Assembly (NCBI GenBank): GCA_934098455.1
Contig: CAKOOU010000001.1
Coordinates: forward strand, 199,933 to 263,932
Source of the DNA: an uncultured Bacilli bacterium
Lineage (GTDB): Bacteria > Bacillota_I > Bacilli_A > RF39 > UBA660
Direction: 5' to 3'
Length of the DNA stretch: 64,000 nucleotides
Shown here: in pieces, positions 18,201 to 27,074 of the stretch
Position numbering within the stretch: position 1 is the stretch's first letter
Layout: each line of letters begins with the position of its first letter
Notes under the pieces: generated by a model
What the model saw: the letters and a program-made list of their open reading frames with translations, nothing else
Told to the model about the DNA's origin: nothing
Databases searched by the model: none
Position numbers and translations under genes: made by a program

Positions 18201-19794
18201 AAACTATTCAAAGGAAAATAATTATAACATAAAACAATTATGGACAGAAATAATACCAAATAAAATATATTTTGAAGATCTTATTGTTAAATATAATTTT
18301 ACAAAAAACAATAATATTAAAACAATAATAGGAGAATATGATGCACCAGATTCGCAAAAAAAAGACTTGGCTACTATTGAATTAATTGGTAAAGGCAATA
18401 CAATTATTTATGGTATTATCGGGTCAGGAAAAGAATTAGTTTTAGAAACTATAACACATTCATTGATTAATTATTATAATTCAGATGAAATAAATTTATA
18501 TTTGTTAGACTTTGGTTCAGAAACATTATCGCTGTTTAAAAATACTCCACAAGTCGGAGATGTAGTTTTCATAAATGAAAAAGAGAAAATAATTAATTTA
18601 TTCAAATATATATCAAGTGTATTAAATGTAAGGAAAAAAATGTTTAGAGAATATAATGGAGATATTATTAATTATAATAAAGAAAACAACAATAAAATTT
18701 CAAATATTATAATAATAATCAATTTATTAGAAAATCTTTTTGATAATTATCCATCATTAGAAGAAGAATTTACTTCAATATTAAAAGAATGCAATCGATA
18801 TGGTATTTCTTTTGTTGCAACAACCAATGGAATAAATGGCATTAGAAATAAAATTACACAATACTTTTTGCAAAGTATAGCACTAGAATTAAAAGATAAA
18901 TATGATTATGCTAGCATATTTAATAAAAAAGTAAACGTTATACCAAATAAATATAAAGGTAGAGGAGTTATTTTATATGACAAGCCATACGAATTTCAAA
19001 CATGTTTAATATGTAAAGAAGACATAGACGAAAATGATTATATAAAAGCACTCAATAAAAAACTTGTTAATGCCGGAAATGAAAAAGTTAAACGAATACC
19101 AGTTTTACCTGAAAAAGTAACTTTTGATATCATAAAAAACAAATTGATTAATAATAAAATAATTCCTATAGGAATAGAAGTTGAAAATTTAACAATATTA
19201 AATTATGAGTTTACAACAGAAAAAGTTAATGTAATAACTTCTATGGACAACAATTTTATGTATAATATGATACATAGTTTAGAAAAAAATATTATGTCAT
19301 TTAAAAATAATACATTATTTATATTAAATTCAAATAAAAAATATAACAATATTAATAACTTAAATATTATAGATAAAGACTATTATATATTTATAAAAGA
19401 ATTAAAAAATTACATAAAAAAATCTCCTTTAGAAATAACTACATACATTATATTAATAGGAATTTATGAAATATATAATAATTTCAGTATTCTCGAGAAA
19501 AAAGAATTTAAAAATGTATTGTCAGAATTAAATAAAAAAGATAATTTTTCTGTAATAATTGTTGATAACTATTATGATTTGAAAAAATTAGAATTTGAAG
19601 AATTTTATAAGGGATGTATAGATAATAATAAAGGCATATGGATAGGAAATGGAATTGGAGATCAAATGCTATTTAGAGTTAATAGAATACCAAGAGAATA
19701 TAGAGATAATATAAATAATAGTTATGGTTTTGTTATAGAATCTGGCAATATAAAAAAAATAAAATTGATAGATTATTACGGTGATGAAAAATGA
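15274..19794 (+). CDS. essC: EssC/YukB FtsK-SpoIIIE family T7SSb ATPase
   Basis: 1506 aa with two TM helices (about aa 255-315). Contains '[24 protein letters not shown]' (Walker A), '[13 protein letters not shown]', and '[19 protein letters not shown]'. The second P-loop is degenerate ('[10 protein letters not shown]') and the third module has no P-loop, as in other EssC proteins. Confidence 0.9.
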   Translation: [1506 protein letters not shown]

Positions 19795-20045
19795 TAGATA
19801 AGTTAAATATTCAAATAATTATTCCTTATATATATAAAAAATATGATTTATTAATACCAATCAATCAAACAATAGGTCAAACAATTTATACAATAATAAA
19901 AGGATTAAATATTTTAAATAATGACATATTTAAAGAAAATAATAGTTTAAATTTATATAATGCATTAGATGGGAAAGTATATAAATTAGATGAGATAATA
20001 AATGATACAGATATTAAAAATGGAAGTATTCTAATTTTGGCTTAA
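19791..20045 (+). CDS. esaB: YukD/EsaB-like ubiquitin-fold T7SS protein
   Basis: 84 aa with an ATGA overlap with essC. Pattern 'YDLLIPINQTIGQ...' with a C-terminal 'DIKNGSILIL'. Confidence 0.6.
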   Translation: MIDKLNIQIIIPYIYKKYDLLIPINQTIGQTIYTIIKGLNILNNDIFKENNSLNLYNALDGKVYKLDEIINDTDIKNGSILILA

Positions 20046-20080
20046 AAACACAATAACAAAAATACAATATTGTGTTTTTA
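20044..20080 (+). terminator. Intrinsic terminator ending the T7SS operon
   Basis: ACACAATA / TATTGTGT stem with a 12-nt loop, followed by TTTTT. Confidence 0.65.
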
Positions 20081-20103
20081 ATTGAATATAAAACTTATAA
20101 AAC

Positions 20104-20121
20104 GTTAAAAAAATGTAAATA
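20104..20121 (+). promoter_or_regulatory. Copy 3 of recurrent motif GTTAAAAAAATGTAAATA
   Basis: Identical 18-mer to 11861-11878. It lies upstream of tagO, about 35 nt before an extended -10 box (TGTTATATT, 20155-20163). Confidence 0.4.
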
Positions 20122-20182
20122 ATAATAAAAAAGATAGATTATTGCAATTTAACATGTTATATTGATTATGAGGAAGTGAACT

Positions 20183-21232
20183 ATGAATATAGAAGTAAAC
20201 AATGTAAATATATTTTATATTATATTAATAACATTTATTTCATCATTAGTATTAGTACCATTAATAAGAGATATTGCAATACATATTAATGCAATGGATA
20301 TACCAGACAAAAGAAAAGTACATAAAAAGCCTATGCCAAGATTAGGAGGACTTGCTATATTTCTATCATTCTTAGTAGGTTACATGTTTTTTGCTCCACT
20401 AACAACGCAAATGATATCCATACTAATTGGTAGTTTTCTTATTGTATTATTAGGAATAATTGATGATATCAAACCTCTCAAGGCTACAACCAAACTTTGG
20501 GGACAAATATTAGTGTCACTTATTCTAGTATTTTATGGTAATGTTTATATTAATGAATTATCATTTTTAGGAATGAATATAAATTTAGGATTATGGGCAT
20601 ATCCATTATCATTATTTATAACTGTTGCATGTATAAATTCTATTAACTTAATAGATGGTTTAGATGGTCTAGCTGCTGGTACTAGTTCAATATATTTTAT
20701 AACAATTATTATAATTTCCATATTATTAGGAAGAACAGATAGTTTAGGATTTATACTTTGTCTCATAATGTTAGGATCTACTCTAGGATTCTTGAAATAT
20801 AATTTTAATCCAGCTAGCATTTTTATGGGAGATACAGGAAGTATGTTTTTAGGATTTATGGTTGCAGTAATATCGTTATTAGGATTCAAAACAGCAACAC
20901 TAACATCATTCCTTATTCCAATTTTAATATTATTTATACCAATATTAGATACATTATTAGCAATACTTAGAAGATTAATAAAAGGTGAATCTATTGGAAA
21001 ACCAGATAAAGAACATGTACATTTTCAATTATTAAATAAAACTTCATCCGTAAAAAAAACAGTATTAATAATATATTTTATAAATGCATTATTTAGTGCA
21101 GTATCAGTTCTATATGCAATAGGTAAAACAAATATCGCAATTGCTTTATATTCATTATTAATGCTAATATCTATAATATTTATATTTAAAACAGATATTT
21201 TATATAAACACGACAAAACTAGCAAAAAATAA
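20183..21232 (+). CDS. tagO: UDP-GlcNAc:undecaprenyl-phosphate GlcNAc-1-P transferase (TagO/WecA, MraY-like)
   Basis: Polytopic. Contains 'DIPDKRKVHKKPMPRLGGLAIF', 'NLIDGLDGLAAG' and 'IFMGDTGSMFLGF'. Confidence 0.85.
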   Translation: MNIEVNNVNIFYIILITFISSLVLVPLIRDIAIHINAMDIPDKRKVHKKPMPRLGGLAIFLSFLVGYMFFAPLTTQMISILIGSFLIVLLGIIDDIKPLKATTKLWGQILVSLILVFYGNVYINELSFLGMNINLGLWAYPLSLFITVACINSINLIDGLDGLAAGTSSIYFITIIIISILLGRTDSLGFILCLIMLGSTLGFLKYNFNPASIFMGDTGSMFLGFMVAVISLLGFKTATLTSFLIPILILFIPILDTLLAILRRLIKGESIGKPDKEHVHFQLLNKTSSVKKTVLIIYFINALFSAVSVLYAIGKTNIAIALYSLLMLISIIFIFKTDILYKHDKTSKK

Positions 21233-21246
21233 TATGCTAGTTTTTA
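21217..21246 (+). terminator. Intrinsic terminator/attenuator after tagO
   Basis: AACTAGCA / TGCTAGTT stem with a 10-nt loop, followed by TTTTT. Confidence 0.5.
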
Positions 21247-21270
21247 ATTGCTTTATTAATCTCTTTCTAG

Positions 21271-21291
21271 TACAATATTGCTAGAAAGAAG
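21271..21291 (+). promoter_or_regulatory. -10 box plus conserved leader (TACAATATTGCTAGAAAGAAG), copy 1
   Basis: The 18-nt AATATTGCTAGAAAGAAG is identical to 24341-24358. It includes the -10 box and the SD. Confidence 0.45.
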
Positions 21292-21299
21292 TTGATATA

Positions 21300-21635
21300 A
21301 TGAATAGCCTAATAGTTTACTTATTACCAAGTATAATTGGAATTAAAGTATATGAAGTATTAACAAAAAATAAAAATATTAAAGATATAATAATTAATTA
21401 TTTATCACTAATACTATTATCAAACTTTATTTTAATGATTATACTTTATATAAAAAATAAATTTGAATATAATCTAACAGAATTTATAGAATCTAATATG
21501 TCATTTTCTATAAAATACATATTAATATCCATAGTTATAAATATAATATTAGGGTATATATATAGCATCATGAATAAAAATGTATCTTTTAAACTTGAAA
21601 GGATTAATCAAGATGAAAAAGGAAAAAAGGAATAA
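21300..21635 (+). CDS. Small membrane protein (111 aa, ~3 TM)
   Basis: Hydrophobic ORF at the operon start. I recognise no family. Confidence 0.5.
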   Translation: MNSLIVYLLPSIIGIKVYEVLTKNKNIKDIIINYLSLILLSNFILMIILYIKNKFEYNLTEFIESNMSFSIKYILISIVINIILGYIYSIMNKNVSFKLERINQDEKGKKE

Positions 21636-23139
21636 TATTATATGTATTATATTAACTCTAATAGCGCTAATAATATTTTATACTTGTATATATATTAATA
21701 AAAATTTTAGTGGTTTTTCTTTTGAACAAATACTATATAGTGTAGTTAATAGTAAAGGAACTAGTATTAATGCATTAAAAGATGGAATAATATTTGTAAC
21801 TATACTTACTATAATAACATTTGTTATTTTATATACAATAGTTAAATTAAATCATAAATATTTAGAAAATAAATATAGATTAACAATAAAAATAAAAAAT
21901 AAAACTTATTTAATAGATGCATTATATTTAAGAAAGAAAAGATTGTTATTTTATTCAATACTTTTAATATTTATAAGCTTATATAATAGTTACACAAATT
22001 TAGGTATAAAAGAATATATTGAATTCCAAAATTCTAAGTCAACTTTAATAGATGATAATTATGTTAATCCCAAAGATGTTAATATAACATTTCCAGATAA
22101 AAAACAAAATTTAATTTATATATTTGTAGAATCTTTAGAAACTAGTGCTACATCCTTAACAAATGGTGGAGACGTAGAAAAATCATATATTCCTAATTTA
22201 GAAAATATTGCACTAAATAATATAAATTTTAGCAACAAAAATAATTTAGGAGGAGCAAAGAACTTAAGTCTAACTACATGGACGGCAGCAGGAATGGTAG
22301 CGCAAACTTCTGGAATACCTTTAAAAGTAATAGATGGAAATGAATATAGAGGTTATGGTGAATCTTTACCAGGCGCAACAAGTATAGGTGATATTTTAGA
22401 AGATAATGGTTATAAAAATTATTTATTATTAGGTTCTGATGCTTCATTTGGTGGTAGAAAAGATTACTTTACGTACCATGGAGATTATGAAATATATGAC
22501 TTATATTATGCTAGAAATAATAAATGGATAGATAAAGATTATTATGAATGGTGGGGCTTTGAAGATAGAAAATTATTTTTGTTTGCAAAAACAGAATTAA
22601 AGAGAATTTCAAAGAATGAAGAACCTTTTAACTTTACTATACTAACTGCAGATACGCATTTTTATAATGGCTATCAAGATAAAAAATGTAAAAATGAATT
22701 TGATAGTGATTATGCTAATTCTTATTATTGTTTAGATGGTATGTTAAATAATTTTATTAAGTGGATAGAAAAACAAGATTTCTATAAAAATACTACAATA
22801 ATAATAACAGGTGATCATTTAACAATGCAAAATGGTTTCTTTAATGAAGATAATTATACTAGAACTATTTATAATACTTTTATAAATTCAAAAATTACAT
22901 CAAGTAATTACAAAAACAAATCATTTACAACACTAGATATGTTTCCTACAACTTTAGCATCTTTAGGAGTAAAAATTGATGGAGATAAGTTAGGTTTAGG
23001 TACAAATTTATTTTCAAACGAACAAACTTTAATAGAAAAATATGATTATAATTATGTTAATAAAGAAATAAAAAAGAAATCTTTTTATTATGATAATGTA
23101 ATATTAGGTAATTCTTACTACGAAATGAAGAAAAAATAA
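21613..23139 (+). CDS. LtaS/GacH-like sulfatase-fold phosphoglycerol transferase
   Basis: N-terminal TM helices plus an extracellular alkaline-phosphatase-superfamily domain ('IYIFVESLETS', 'ILTADTHF', 'IIITGDHL'). The start could be 21580 or 21613. Confidence 0.7.
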   Translation: MKKEKRNNIICIILTLIALIIFYTCIYINKNFSGFSFEQILYSVVNSKGTSINALKDGIIFVTILTIITFVILYTIVKLNHKYLENKYRLTIKIKNKTYLIDALYLRKKRLLFYSILLIFISLYNSYTNLGIKEYIEFQNSKSTLIDDNYVNPKDVNITFPDKKQNLIYIFVESLETSATSLTNGGDVEKSYIPNLENIALNNINFSNKNNLGGAKNLSLTTWTAAGMVAQTSGIPLKVIDGNEYRGYGESLPGATSIGDILEDNGYKNYLLLGSDASFGGRKDYFTYHGDYEIYDLYYARNNKWIDKDYYEWWGFEDRKLFLFAKTELKRISKNEEPFNFTILTADTHFYNGYQDKKCKNEFDSDYANSYYCLDGMLNNFIKWIEKQDFYKNTTIIITGDHLTMQNGFFNEDNYTRTIYNTFINSKITSSNYKNKSFTTLDMFPTTLASLGVKIDGDKLGLGTNLFSNEQTLIEKYDYNYVNKEIKKKSFYYDNVILGNSYYEMKKK

Positions 23140-23155
23140 AGAAAGAAATGATACA

Positions 23156-24235
23156 ATGAGAAAAAATATATTAATTAGTGCCAATACATTATGCATTGGA
23201 GGAATAGAAAAATCACTAATAAATTTATTAAAAAATATTGATTTAAAAAAATATAATGTAGATTTAATATTAGAGCATGCAACAGGTGAATTACTAAATG
23301 AAGTCCCTACAAATATAAATATACTAGAATACAAACCCTATAATTTAAAAATAAAAATATTACAAAAAATACTAAATTTATTAAAACAAACAAGATACAA
23401 ATTAACTTTAAAAAATGCATATGATATTTCTATATGTTATGCAACTTATTCTTATCCAGATAATTTTATAACAAGATTAGCAAGTAAAAATAGAATTTTA
23501 TTTATTCATAGTGATTATACAAAATTATATAACGTAACAGAATTATTAGAATTTTTTAACACAAGACACATAACTGAATTTAATAAAATAATTTTTGTAT
23601 CAAATGAATCAAAAAATAATTTAATAAAACATTACCCAAGTATTGTGGGTAAATCTATAGTTATTAACAACATAATTGATATAGAAAAAATAAAAAAACT
23701 ATCAGAAGAAAAAATAGAAAATGTATTTAACAAAAAAGATATAAATTTATTATTTGTAGGAAGATTAGAAGAAAGTTCAAAAAACATAATGTTTCAACTA
23801 TCAAAAATACAAGAATTAAAAAAAACATATAAGAACATAAAATTATATATAATTGGAGATGGACCGGATAAAGAAAAGTACATAAATTATATAAATGATA
23901 ATAAATTAAATGATAAAATAGTTATGTTGGGGCAAAAAAGCAATCCATATCCGTACATTAAAAAGTGCGATTATTTATTACTAACGAGCAATTATGAAGG
24001 ATATCCAGTAATATTTAATGAAGCAATTACATTAAAAAAAGATATAATATCAACTATTAAAATAAGTGATAATTATACCTGCATAGGAGATAATTTTGGC
24101 TTCTTAATTTCAAAAGACAACTTTGTTTTAGAAATACAAAAAATATTAGATAACAAATTACATAACAATAATAAAATAAATATAGAAGATATTAACAATA
24201 AAAGAATTAATGATATAGAAGAGTTAATAAATTAG
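23156..24235 (+). CDS. GT4-family (GT-B) glycosyltransferase
   Basis: 'CIGGIEKSLINLL' N-terminal motif, 'FVGRLEESSKN', and 'SNYEGYPVIFNEAITL' (EX7E). Confidence 0.8.
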   Translation: MRKNILISANTLCIGGIEKSLINLLKNIDLKKYNVDLILEHATGELLNEVPTNINILEYKPYNLKIKILQKILNLLKQTRYKLTLKNAYDISICYATYSYPDNFITRLASKNRILFIHSDYTKLYNVTELLEFFNTRHITEFNKIIFVSNESKNNLIKHYPSIVGKSIVINNIIDIEKIKKLSEEKIENVFNKKDINLLFVGRLEESSKNIMFQLSKIQELKKTYKNIKLYIIGDGPDKEKYINYINDNKLNDKIVMLGQKSNPYPYIKKCDYLLLTSNYEGYPVIFNEAITLKKDIISTIKISDNYTCIGDNFGFLISKDNFVLEIQKILDNKLHNNNKINIEDINNKRINDIEELIN

Positions 24236-24244
24236 TTTGCTTAG

Positions 24245-24273
24245 AAAATTCAGAGTAATTCTGAATTTTTTTT
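24245..24273 (+). terminator. Intrinsic terminator
   Basis: AAAATTCAG-agtaatt-CTGAATTTT followed by TTTT. Confidence 0.65.
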
Positions 24274-24337
24274 ATTAAAAAACTTAATATATTATATATT
24301 AATACAACAAAATCTTTAAAAACTATTTTATTTATAT

Positions 24338-24358
24338 TATAATATTGCTAGAAAGAAG
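24338..24358 (+). promoter_or_regulatory. -10 box plus conserved leader (TATAATATTGCTAGAAAGAAG), copy 2
   Basis: Same 18-mer as at 21274-21291, directly upstream of the ATG at 24366. Confidence 0.45.
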
Positions 24359-24365
24359 GTTTAAT

Positions 24366-25301
24366 ATGAATAATATAAAATTTAGTATTATAGTACCGGT
24401 ATACAATGTAGAAAAATATATAAAAAAATGTATAAACAGCATATTAAATCAAACATATAAAAATTATGAAATAATAATTATAAATGATGGTTCAACAGAT
24501 AAATCAAAAAAAATATTAGAAACCTATAAAAATATAAACAATGTAAAAATAATTAATCAAACAAACAAAGGATTATCTGTTGCAAGAAATATAGGAATAA
24601 AAAGTGCAAGTGGTGATTATTTATTATTTGTTGATAGTGATGATTACATAGATAATGACTTATTAGAAAACTTAAACAAAAATATAACAGATGAAGAAAT
24701 AATTAGATTTCAAACAAGAACTGTTGATGAATCATATAATGTATTAAAAGAATATAATGAAATGCCTTTTGATACAATGACAGGAAATGAAGCATTAGTT
24801 TACATATTAAATTATCATTTTATTGAAAACACTTGGCTTTATTGTTATAATAAAATATATATAGAAAAAAATAATTTTAAATTTGATCAAGGATTTATAC
24901 ATGAAGATTTCGGATTGACTCCACTTATACTTGCAAATACAAAATCTATAAAGTCAATAAACTATATTGGATACAATTATTTAATAAGAAATAATAGCAT
25001 ATCTAATTCAAAGGATATAAATAAAGTTAGAAAAAAATGTAATGACTTTATGGAATTAGGTTTAAGAAATATTAATATTATTAAAAAATTAGATATATCA
25101 AATAAAGAATTATTATTAAGCTATATAGCAAATTCTATATTAATAAAAGGAAAAGAATTAGATAAATTATCTAGAACAGAGTATTTAAAACAAATAAAAG
25201 AAAATAATATAAATGAATACTTACTTAATAATACAATAAAAAGAAAAATAAAAAGATTAATTTTTAAAGTAAATTACAATTTATATTTGATGGTGGTATA
25301 A
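24366..25301 (+). CDS. GT2-family glycosyltransferase
   Basis: 'FSIIVPVYNVEKYIKKCINSILNQTY', 'IIIINDGSTDKS' and 'FVDSDDY'. Confidence 0.85.
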   Translation: MNNIKFSIIVPVYNVEKYIKKCINSILNQTYKNYEIIIINDGSTDKSKKILETYKNINNVKIINQTNKGLSVARNIGIKSASGDYLLFVDSDDYIDNDLLENLNKNITDEEIIRFQTRTVDESYNVLKEYNEMPFDTMTGNEALVYILNYHFIENTWLYCYNKIYIEKNNFKFDQGFIHEDFGLTPLILANTKSIKSINYIGYNYLIRNNSISNSKDINKVRKKCNDFMELGLRNINIIKKLDISNKELLLSYIANSILIKGKELDKLSRTEYLKQIKENNINEYLLNNTIKRKIKRLIFKVNYNLYLMVV

Positions 25302-26254
25302 TGACAAAAATAAGCATAATAATTACAGTTTATAATAGTGAAAAATATATTACAAAATGTTTAAATAGTATAAAAAAACAAACATTAGAAGATTTTGAAG
25401 TTATTATAATAAATGATGGCTCAACAGATAAATCTAAAAATAAAATTGAAAAATTCACTACAGATAAAAGATTTAGATTATATAATAGAAAAAATTGTGG
25501 TATAGGAGCATCTAGGAACTTTGGAATAAAAAAAGTAAAAAGCGATTATGTAATGTTCTTAGACAGTGATGATTATATAGAAAAAGATACCTTAGAAGTA
25601 TTATATAATAAAATAACAAAAGATAAATTAGATATAGTAGTATGTGATTATTATGAAGAACAATATGAAAGTAAAACCACTAAAGAAATAAAAATAAAAG
25701 ATTTTAAAAATACAACATTAATAGAAAGTCCAGATTTATTATTACATATAAATAAATCTCCATGGAATAAATTGTTTAGATATGAACTTATAAAAGATAT
25801 AGAATATCCATCAGATTTAAAATATGAAGATTCAGTATTTATATGTTTATCATTAAAAAAAGCAAAAATTGGTAAAGTAAATAAATGTTTAAATCATTAT
25901 ATAATACATGGTAATAGTGAAACAACAACTATGGATAAAAGAGTATATGATATATTAACAATTGTAGATAACATAAGAAAAGATTATGATAAAGAAGATA
26001 ACAGCATAAAAGAATATATCGACGAGATGACACTACAAATATTAACAACTTATACAGTTCAACAAAGATATCAAATAGATAAAAATATTAGAAATGATTT
26101 TATAGAGAAAGTATTTGATTACTTAAATAAAAATATACCAAATTATAAAACAAATAAATATTTTAAAAATAGAAAATTAAAAGGAATAGTAGAAAAAAAC
26201 AAGAGTATAACAAAGATATATTGTAATATATATACTAAATTACATAGAAAGTGA
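25301..26254 (+). CDS. GT2-family glycosyltransferase
   Basis: 'ISIIITVYNSEKYITKCLNSIKKQT', 'INDGSTDKS' and 'FLDSDDY'. The start overlaps the upstream stop. Confidence 0.85.
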   Translation: MTKISIIITVYNSEKYITKCLNSIKKQTLEDFEVIIINDGSTDKSKNKIEKFTTDKRFRLYNRKNCGIGASRNFGIKKVKSDYVMFLDSDDYIEKDTLEVLYNKITKDKLDIVVCDYYEEQYESKTTKEIKIKDFKNTTLIESPDLLLHINKSPWNKLFRYELIKDIEYPSDLKYEDSVFICLSLKKAKIGKVNKCLNHYIIHGNSETTTMDKRVYDILTIVDNIRKDYDKEDNSIKEYIDEMTLQILTTYTVQQRYQIDKNIRNDFIEKVFDYLNKNIPNYKTNKYFKNRKLKGIVEKNKSITKIYCNIYTKLHRK

Positions 26255-26260
26255 GATATT

Positions 26261-27061
26261 ATGTTAGGAAGAATATTAAAGAATTTTAAAAGATACTCAT
26301 TCTTAATGGGAGAAATGGTATCACGTGATTTTAAAGTAAAATATAAAAGAAGTGTACTAGGTATAGTATGGAGTTTACTATATCCATTACTTCAAATGAT
26401 AGTTATGGCCATAGTATTCAGTCAGATGTTTAAAATGAGAATTGAAGGAGTCAATTACTTGGTTTATTTAATGACTGGTCTTGTTATGTTTAACTATTTT
26501 AATGAGGCAAGTAATAGCGCTATGACAAGTGTTGTAAGTAATTTTAATTTAATGAATAAAGTATATATACCAAAGTATATATTTCCATTATCAAAATGCT
26601 TATTTGTAGGAATTAATTTCTTACTAACATTAATACCTTTATTACTAATAATTTTATTTACAGGAGATGCTACAACACATTGTACAATAAATATATATTA
26701 TTTGTTATTACCATACGCTTATATTTGTATGTTCTTATTTACAGTAGGAATGGGATTTTTATTATCAACTATTTCAGTATTTTTAAGAGATATTTTCTAT
26801 ATTTATGGAATAGTACTTACAATATGGCAATATTTAACGCCAATATTCTATGAAATAAGTATGATAAATCCAAAATTACAAGTGTTATTTAAATATAACC
26901 CATTGTATCAATTTATAGATTTTACAAGACAGATAATATTATATAACAAAATTCCAAGCGGAGAAGCATGGATAATGTGTGGATTGAGTGGAATACTAGT
27001 ATTCATGCTAGGAAGTATAATATTTAAATCAAAACAAGATAAATTTATCTATTATGCTTAA
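26261..27061 (+). CDS. tagG: ABC-2 type polysaccharide/teichoic-acid exporter permease (TagG/Wzm-like)
   Basis: 'RDFKVKYKRSVLGIVWSLLYPLLQM' and 6 TM helices. Confidence 0.8.
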   Translation: MLGRILKNFKRYSFLMGEMVSRDFKVKYKRSVLGIVWSLLYPLLQMIVMAIVFSQMFKMRIEGVNYLVYLMTGLVMFNYFNEASNSAMTSVVSNFNLMNKVYIPKYIFPLSKCLFVGINFLLTLIPLLLIILFTGDATTHCTINIYYLLLPYAYICMFLFTVGMGFLLSTISVFLRDIFYIYGIVLTIWQYLTPIFYEISMINPKLQVLFKYNPLYQFIDFTRQIILYNKIPSGEAWIMCGLSGILVFMLGSIIFKSKQDKFIYYA

Positions 27062-27074
27062 GGAGGACAAAAAT

